DNA of 64,000 bases from Opitutales bacterium (GTDB lineage Bacteria; Verrucomicrobiota; Verrucomicrobiia; Opitutales; UBA2987): positions 491,384 to 555,383 of the forward strand of contig CBDDCJ010000028.1 of assembly GCA_965226205.1 (NCBI GenBank), written 5' to 3'. Below, in pieces: positions 57,265 through 64,000 of the stretch. Under the pieces are notes generated by a model. The model saw nothing but the letters and a program-made list of their open reading frames with translations. It made no database searches and was not told where the DNA came from. Within the stretch, counting starts at the first letter, position 1, and each line of letters begins with the position of its first letter. The translations under genes and the position numbers were made by a program.

Positions 57265-58110
57265 ATGTTTACTGAGATCAAAGCGGCTGCCATTTCATTC
57301 CGGCCACGTAAATACGACCTTGAGGCCAACTCCCACCGCCTGGAAAAGGCTTTCCGTCAAGCTGCCAAAGAGGGGGCGGATTTGGCCCTCGGTCCAGAAG
57401 GTATTCTCGAAGGATACGTTGTCAGCGATATCCTGAAGGGGATTCAGCCCGCTGAACGAATGAGAGAGGTTTCTCTCACCGTGCGCAGTTCCGGGATAGA
57501 AAGGTTTCGCCGCCTCGCGCGTGAACTCGGCATATGCCTGGCATTCGGGTTTATTGAGAGGATTGGTGAGGAACTCTTTAATTGCGCCATCTTCATCGAC
57601 CACGATGGGAAAATCAGTGGAAAACAACATAAGATGCAGTTCGGGTGCGGTTATCAGGACTCATGGTGGTTCAATCGCCTGGGCCAACACAGCCGTGCAT
57701 TCGAGACGCCCTTCGGTCGCGCAGGGTTCCTCATTTGCAACGATCGCTGGAACCCGGATATAGCGCGCATCCTCGTTCTCGACGAGGCGCGTTATTTACT
57801 TATTCCGTCGTTCGGGAACCGATCTGCTCGTCAGGACGCCACTGTTCTGGCGCGGGCACGGGAAAATGGAGTTCCCATCATCGAGGCCAACGTGGGTGTT
57901 ACCATGATCGTAAGCAAAGGTGAAATTATAAAAAGATCGCGGAAAATCGTGGATATAATCTATGGAACCATCGAAATTCCCGCCGCTCTTTCAGAAACAA
58001 ATCGCGATTGCCAGGAGAAAGCTTTCCTTGAATCGAGAAAAGAGCAGATGCTGCCCCGCTATAATAGGTGGATAGAAAAAAACCTCAAGCCGCGTGAACT
58101 TTCTCGATAA
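57265..58110 (+). CDS. Carbon-nitrogen hydrolase (nitrilase superfamily)
   Basis: A Glu-Lys-Cys triad context: ...LALGPEG.., ..GKQHKMQ.. and ..AGFLICNDRWNP.. Confidence 0.8.
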   Translation: MFTEIKAAAISFRPRKYDLEANSHRLEKAFRQAAKEGADLALGPEGILEGYVVSDILKGIQPAERMREVSLTVRSSGIERFRRLARELGICLAFGFIERIGEELFNCAIFIDHDGKISGKQHKMQFGCGYQDSWWFNRLGQHSRAFETPFGRAGFLICNDRWNPDIARILVLDEARYLLIPSFGNRSARQDATVLARARENGVPIIEANVGVTMIVSKGEIIKRSRKIVDIIYGTIEIPAALSETNRDCQEKAFLESRKEQMLPRYNRWIEKNLKPRELSR

Positions 58111-58267
58111 TTTACGGAGAGTCATACCGCGATTTTCAATTATACTTTGTTTTAATATCGTAATGTTCTGTCCGCAAGGGGAGAGGTAAAGTCTATAGAA
58201 GCGGAAAACCAATGTTGCCAAGGGACGATCAAGGCAAAATGATTCGTTTCTTGCATACCTCGTCAAT

Positions 58268-58573
58268 ATGATGGAACCTGCCTTGCCGAATATCCTCGTC
58301 ATGATGGCTGACGACCATGCCCATTGCCTCATGCGCTGGCCGGAAAAACTCCCCGCCAAACGGCAGCCGTCCATGCCATTCGATCACTGCGACCTTTCCA
58401 TCGACCCGAGGGAAACCTTCAATCGGATAGACGATCCCCTCTGGCAGGGCGAAATTGCCGGCTTGGGAAATAGGCTGGATGAACATTTTCAGCGTTTCGA
58501 GGATCCCCAACGATCAGGCAAAAATATCCTCGCCCAGCCGCTCTGCAATGCCAGTGCACTTTGGCGTCCTTAA
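58268..58573 (+). pseudogene. Sulfatase remnant (N-terminal active-site region fused to the extreme C-terminus; internal deletion)
   Basis: PNILVMMADDHAH is the sulfatase N-terminal motif. It is followed directly by ...DLSIDPRETFNRIDDP...L..HFQRFEDP, which resembles the usual C-terminal end. About 350-400 aa of a normal sulfatase are absent. Confidence 0.5.
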
Positions 58574-60495
58574 TTCGACTTTGGGTAAAAGACCATTTCT
58601 CCGTCCGAATAGCGGTAATATTGGCGGTTGCTTTCGGACTCGGCGAGGAAACGCATCCAACCTTGGCCGTCGAAAAAATAGAGATCGGGATAATAGGCCT
58701 CCACCGCGAATAACCAATCCGCAATTATGGGATCGTAAAGGTAAATACCCTCCGGCGAGGAATCGGGAAAAAGGTAGTTGAACCCGTGATCCTCATGAAA
58801 TATCCAGGGAAAATAGGAAATATGGTAGAACCCGAACCAGGGAGAAAATATCCAGTCCACGGCATTGGGCAGGCGGTTGTGACTGCCTTGCAGAGGGTCC
58901 TCCATGATAAAGGAATACTGATCGTAGTGGGCCGTTCGCCAGGGGTTTTCGCCGATCGATTCGAGATAGGGCGAAAAGGTTTTCACCTGAATCAAGCCGC
59001 CGGGCGTAAATTCGATCAGGCGAATCCAGCCGCCCCCGCCGTTTCCGCCCACGTGCTGGGCGTTGAATAGCATCTGGTGGACGTAATTGCCGTTCTCGCC
59101 GAAACTGGTCAGAAAGCTGGCTCCGGTTTTTTCCGAACCCAGACTAGCCCTCGCCGTGTGGCCGTTAAAGGTTAATTTGAAGTTGGGGTGCAATTTGACC
59201 AATTTATCCCAAAGCTCCTGGCCGTCATTGACCCCGCCGGGGAGGGCGGCCGTCTGGTAGGAGTGGGGGTTCCCGGATTGCCCGGTTCCAAAAGCATTCC
59301 AATTGTGCCGCCGATTCTCCGACCAGAGATAGGCATGGGTGACCAGAACCGCCAGGTGGCCGCTGTATTCTTCCCGCCCGGCAATGGTATTGGCCCAGGC
59401 GACGGTTTCCTCCCGCGGACCCCATTCCAGAGAGAGAATGAGGAATTTTTTCCCGTCCGGGGCGGTGAAGTTGTAATAGGCGTTTTGCAGTTCACCGGGT
59501 TCCATCAATCCGGCCAAAATTCCACCCTGGCCTGGATCGTTGAGCGGATTGTCTGCGGGGGTGAAGTATTCGTTCAATAAGGTGCTGCGGGTCGAGGCGT
59601 TGCCGCTGGGTCCATAGTCATGGTTTCCCGTGGCCAGGACATAGGGGACGTGCCCGTCCAGAATGGAGAGACCGCTTTTGGCGCGCTCCCATTGGATGCC
59701 GCCGCCGTCGTCGTTATCATCGGTTATGTCACCCTCTTGCAGGGCGATGACGATATTTCGCTCCGTTTTGTGGTCTCGGATCCACTCCATCATGTTGGTC
59801 AATACCTGGATGAAGACGGCGTCCTGGGTGTATTTCTGGATGTCTGGAATGATGACCAGCGTCCAGGAACCGGGCACGAATGCCGGACTTTCACCCGGCG
59901 GCGGCAATTCGGAAACCTGGTCAATGTTCAGCGGAGTGGCTTCACCTGAATAAAGGGCCTCTACCTGGGAAGTGGTCAGGGCCTCGTCGAAAACGGCCAT
60001 GTCGTCAATGAAACCATCCCAATCCCGCGTCCCGGAGCCGAGTCTGTGATTGCCGATGTAGAACCTGCCGGTTGGTTTCAGATTCGGCACGTTAGCGGCC
60101 AGGGGAGAGGCATCGCGCAATCGGCCGTCGTGATAGTATTTTATTATTCGGTCCGTCCGGTTCCAGACCATGGCCACATGATGCCACTGGCCGTCATTGA
60201 CAATGGGACCGTTGGTGTTGCTCAAGGATCCGGACGGGGAAAGTTCGTAGTACCACTCGGCATCACGTCGGCCATCATTGAGCCGCAAGCCGAAGGAAGC
60301 GGAGAAAGCGGGGGATGTTTCCCAAATCATATTTCGGGAGTCCGAGCCGGTTAAGGTGATATCTTCATATTTATACCAGGAAACGATGGTGAAAACCTGG
60401 GCTTCGTCTGCAAAGACTTCGTTCCCAATAGCTACGAAAGTGCGGTTCCCGTTGCCCGGCCCGCTATCTATTTTCAAAGCCCCCATACCACGCAC
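58570..60495 (-). CDS. Secreted LamG/concanavalin-like lectin domain plus calcineurin-like metallophosphoesterase protein with an aromatic C-terminal module; 5' end frameshifted
   Basis: The LamG region is ...WHHVAMVWNR...YHDG...FIDDMAVFDEAL. The phosphoesterase motifs are GDITDDND, ATGNHD and VTHAY. The signal peptide (MSLGTKSCLMFAFSWLPL, ATG at 60683) and an AYWTFDADYSSE segment lie in two other frames upstream of 60495. Confidence 0.75.
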   Translation of the reverse strand: MRGMGALKIDSGPGNGNRTFVAIGNEVFADEAQVFTIVSWYKYEDITLTGSDSRNMIWETSPAFSASFGLRLNDGRRDAEWYYELSPSGSLSNTNGPIVNDGQWHHVAMVWNRTDRIIKYYHDGRLRDASPLAANVPNLKPTGRFYIGNHRLGSGTRDWDGFIDDMAVFDEALTTSQVEALYSGEATPLNIDQVSELPPPGESPAFVPGSWTLVIIPDIQKYTQDAVFIQVLTNMMEWIRDHKTERNIVIALQEGDITDDNDDGGGIQWERAKSGLSILDGHVPYVLATGNHDYGPSGNASTRSTLLNEYFTPADNPLNDPGQGGILAGLMEPGELQNAYYNFTAPDGKKFLILSLEWGPREETVAWANTIAGREEYSGHLAVLVTHAYLWSENRRHNWNAFGTGQSGNPHSYQTAALPGGVNDGQELWDKLVKLHPNFKLTFNGHTARASLGSEKTGASFLTSFGENGNYVHQMLFNAQHVGGNGGGGWIRLIEFTPGGLIQVKTFSPYLESIGENPWRTAHYDQYSFIMEDPLQGSHNRLPNAVDWIFSPWFGFYHISYFPWIFHEDHGFNYLFPDSSPEGIYLYDPIIADWLFAVEAYYPDLYFFDGQGWMRFLAESESNRQYYRYSDGEMVFYPKSN

Positions 60496-60694
60496 AAACT
60501 CACCGGGTTCCTCGGTGATGCTGGTAAACGGCTCGCCCAGAGGGGTGCCCTCATAAAGATCGTTTGTTTATCTCGCTGGAGTAATCTGCGTCGAACGTCC
60601 AGTATGCCGTCAGGCCGGCCCTCCGTTGTCAAAGGAAGCCATGAGAAAGCAAACATCAGGCAGGATTTGGTTCCCAAGCTCATGTGATTCAGTT

Positions 60695-61489
60695 TTACCT
60701 ATTAGCCTCCCGCCAGATTTGCAGGCATTTTTCAATTATGGACGGTAAATCTTTCAGTGGAATCTGGTTGGGACCGTCGGAGATTGCTTTTTCCGGATCG
60801 GGGTGGGTTTCCATAAAAAGACCGTCGGCTCCTGCCGCCAGGGCGGCCTTGGCCAGGGGAAAGACAAATTCCCTTTGCCCGCCAGTCTTGCCTCCACCGG
60901 CGCCGGGAAGCTGCACGCTGTGGGTGGCGTCGAATAAGACGGGCCGGCCAAAATTTTTTAAAATGATAAATGAGCGCATGTCCACGACGAGATTTTGATA
61001 GCCGAAAGTAGTTCCGCGCTCGGTTTGCCAGATTTCTTTCGCCCCGCTTTGCCTTAGTTTATCAACCACAAAGGTCATTTCCGGCGGGGAAAGAAACTGG
61101 CCCTTTTTTACATTGACGCCGCGCCCGGTTTGAGCCGCCGCAATCAATAGGTCCGTCTGCCGGCAAAGAAAGGCGGGGATTTGCAAAACCTGGCAGACTT
61201 TGGCCGCCGTTGCCGCCTGGGGGGCGGTGTGAACATCGGTCAATAGCGGGAGGCCCGAGTTTTCGCCGATTTTCCGCAAAAGAGCCAGTCCGGCTTCGAT
61301 TCCCGGACCCCGCGGGTTGTCCAGCGAAGTGCGGTTCGCTTTGTCATAGGAAGCTTTGAAAACGACTTTGAGGTCTGGGTGCGAGGCCTGCAAGCTGGCC
61401 AGAACCTTTGCCACTGGCAGTGCCACCTCTTCACGTTCAAGAGAACAAGGCCCGGCGATGAGGAGGAGCTTGGATGAGTCGTAAATCAC
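60695..61489 (-). CDS. kdsA: 3-deoxy-8-phosphooctulonate (KDO-8-P) synthase
   Basis: [31 protein letters not shown] and FDATHSVQ are canonical KdsA motifs. Confidence 0.93.
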   Translation of the reverse strand: MIYDSSKLLLIAGPCSLEREEVALPVAKVLASLQASHPDLKVVFKASYDKANRTSLDNPRGPGIEAGLALLRKIGENSGLPLLTDVHTAPQAATAAKVCQVLQIPAFLCRQTDLLIAAAQTGRGVNVKKGQFLSPPEMTFVVDKLRQSGAKEIWQTERGTTFGYQNLVVDMRSFIILKNFGRPVLFDATHSVQLPGAGGGKTGGQREFVFPLAKAALAAGADGLFMETHPDPEKAISDGPNQIPLKDLPSIIEKCLQIWREANR

Positions 61490-61516
61490 AGAAATAGAAT
61501 AGCTACAGACTGGGCC

Positions 61517-63205
<1,689 letters not shown>

Positions 63206-63339
63206 TTAAAAGTCAACCCAAAGGGCAGTCAAGCAATGGAAGGAAAGATTGTCTCCCCTTCAAGGCAAAGATAAACTCTGCTAGTTTACCATTAAAAATG
63301 GATTGACAAATTTTAATTGTATATCATGGTGGTATACGA

Positions 63340-63480
63340 ATGGATTTATCAAGCATCATTGGATTTGAGTGGGATGATGGAAATTTATTTAAAAATTGGG
63401 AAAAACACAAAGTTAGCTACTGGGAAACAGAACAGGTATTTTTTAATGAAACTCCCCGTAGCAAGCTACGGGGTATCTAA
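63340..63480 (+). pseudogene. BrnT-like (DUF497) toxin gene truncated after about 37 codons by a hairpin-containing sequence
   Basis: My own translation gives MDLSSIIGFEWDDGNLFKNWEKHKVSYWETEQVFFNE, then TPRSKLRGI*. The break coincides with the perfect hairpin CCCCGTAG-CAAG-CTACGGGG at 63454-63473. No brnA follows. Confidence 0.5.
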
Positions 63481-63751
63481 GAAAGAAATTCATGATCACC
63501 ACAGCATCAATTGTTGCAACTGCTTCTTCGGTTTGCCCTGTTTTCTTACGTAGAGGCTGTCCCAAAAGGGTGATTTTTGCGAGGGGATTTTGAAGAGTGT
63601 TCATTTTAGTGGTATTTTCTTTTGGGAGGGGGTGACTTTGCTCTCCTATGACGTTAGGATTCTGGTTTTGGGGTCCGTTTGCCTGGTTTTCTTTGTATGG
63701 GCCGACAGTAGGCCTGTGAAAAAGTATTGTCCTTGCTTTTCCGCTCTTTAT

Positions 63752-64000
63752 TTAGGCCGCCGCTTTGGTTTTTAGTTCATCTTGCTGGGCCAGCATCTTG
63801 GCCACTTTCCATAGATTGTGCGAGAGGACCGACCAGGCTACGCTGATCGAGCGGTTGGCAAAGCCTTTGCTGCGCAATCGCCCGGCCTGCCAGCGATTCT
63901 TCAATACCCCGATCCGCCCTTCGGTGCTGGCCCGGCGCTTTTGCAATTGCCTGAAGTGTGGTTCCTCCATCCGTTTTTTCAACTGCTTCGGATCGCGTGG
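63752..64000 (-). mobile_element. C-terminal part of a DDE transposase (IS5/IS4-superfamily type), gene runs off the right edge
   Basis: ...RASTEGRIGVLKNRWQAGRLRSKGFANRSISVAWSVLSHNLWKVAKM resembles the conserved C-terminal region of such transposases. The frame remains open to position 64000. Confidence 0.55.

Noticed and set aside
63303-63338. TTGACA promoter for the brnT remnant
   Set aside because: A good -35 hexamer is present, but no acceptable -10 lies at 16-19 bp spacing. The candidates are 11, 13 or 24 bp away.

Overview
This window is chromosomal DNA from a Gram-negative bacterium. I could not run any database search; all calls come from reading the ORF translations and the DNA.

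A sulfatase remnant, LamG-type secreted proteins, an aromatic 'PWI(Y/F)HxxHG' C-terminal module and a large hopanoid gene set suggest a PVC-superphylum-like organism. That taxonomic call is inference only.

**Housekeeping genes (mostly intact):**
- lptD-like (partial)
- glgB
- tig-clpP-clpX
- an M42 peptidase
- hisA
- an Lpd/GR-family flavoprotein
- serA
- kdsA-pyrG

**Hopanoid locus, in three pieces separated by mobile and repeat DNA:**
- hpnG-shc-sqs on the minus strand, 23.5-27.3 kb
- ispH-hpnH-hpnB-hpnM plus an MlaA/VacJ lipoprotein on the plus strand, 30.0-36.2 kb
- a second nucleosidase with hpnN and hpnA, 49.2-53.8 kb

**Mobile and selfish elements:**
- an intact IS4-family element with a 9-bp target duplication
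- an intact IS3-family element with a 3-bp duplication, splitting a solute-binding protein gene
- a 115-bp solo IS3 end butted against a 3'-truncated IS1634-like transposase gene
- a 190-bp MITE inside a nucleotidyltransferase gene
- two transposase fragments
- one intact vapBC pair, one vapC whose vapB lost its start at a junction with an IS fragment, and one truncated brnT

**Most unusual region, 39.1-46.3 kb.** This is a redox island. It holds a hexaheme cytochrome, a beta-barrel outer-membrane protein and a monohaem cytochrome c in one operon. A secreted multihaem cytochrome is transcribed divergently from it. A tetrahaem cytochrome, an NrfC-like Fe-S protein and an NrfD remnant lie alongside. 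Most of these genes carry frameshifts and nonsense codons.

**Non-coding stretch, 28.47-29.96 kb.** It contains tandem repeats, hairpin repeats, phased T-tracts and copies of a dispersed 'CGCAGAT' repeat.

**Caveat.** Several frameshifts sit in homopolymer runs, so sequencing error cannot be separated from real gene decay without the reads.
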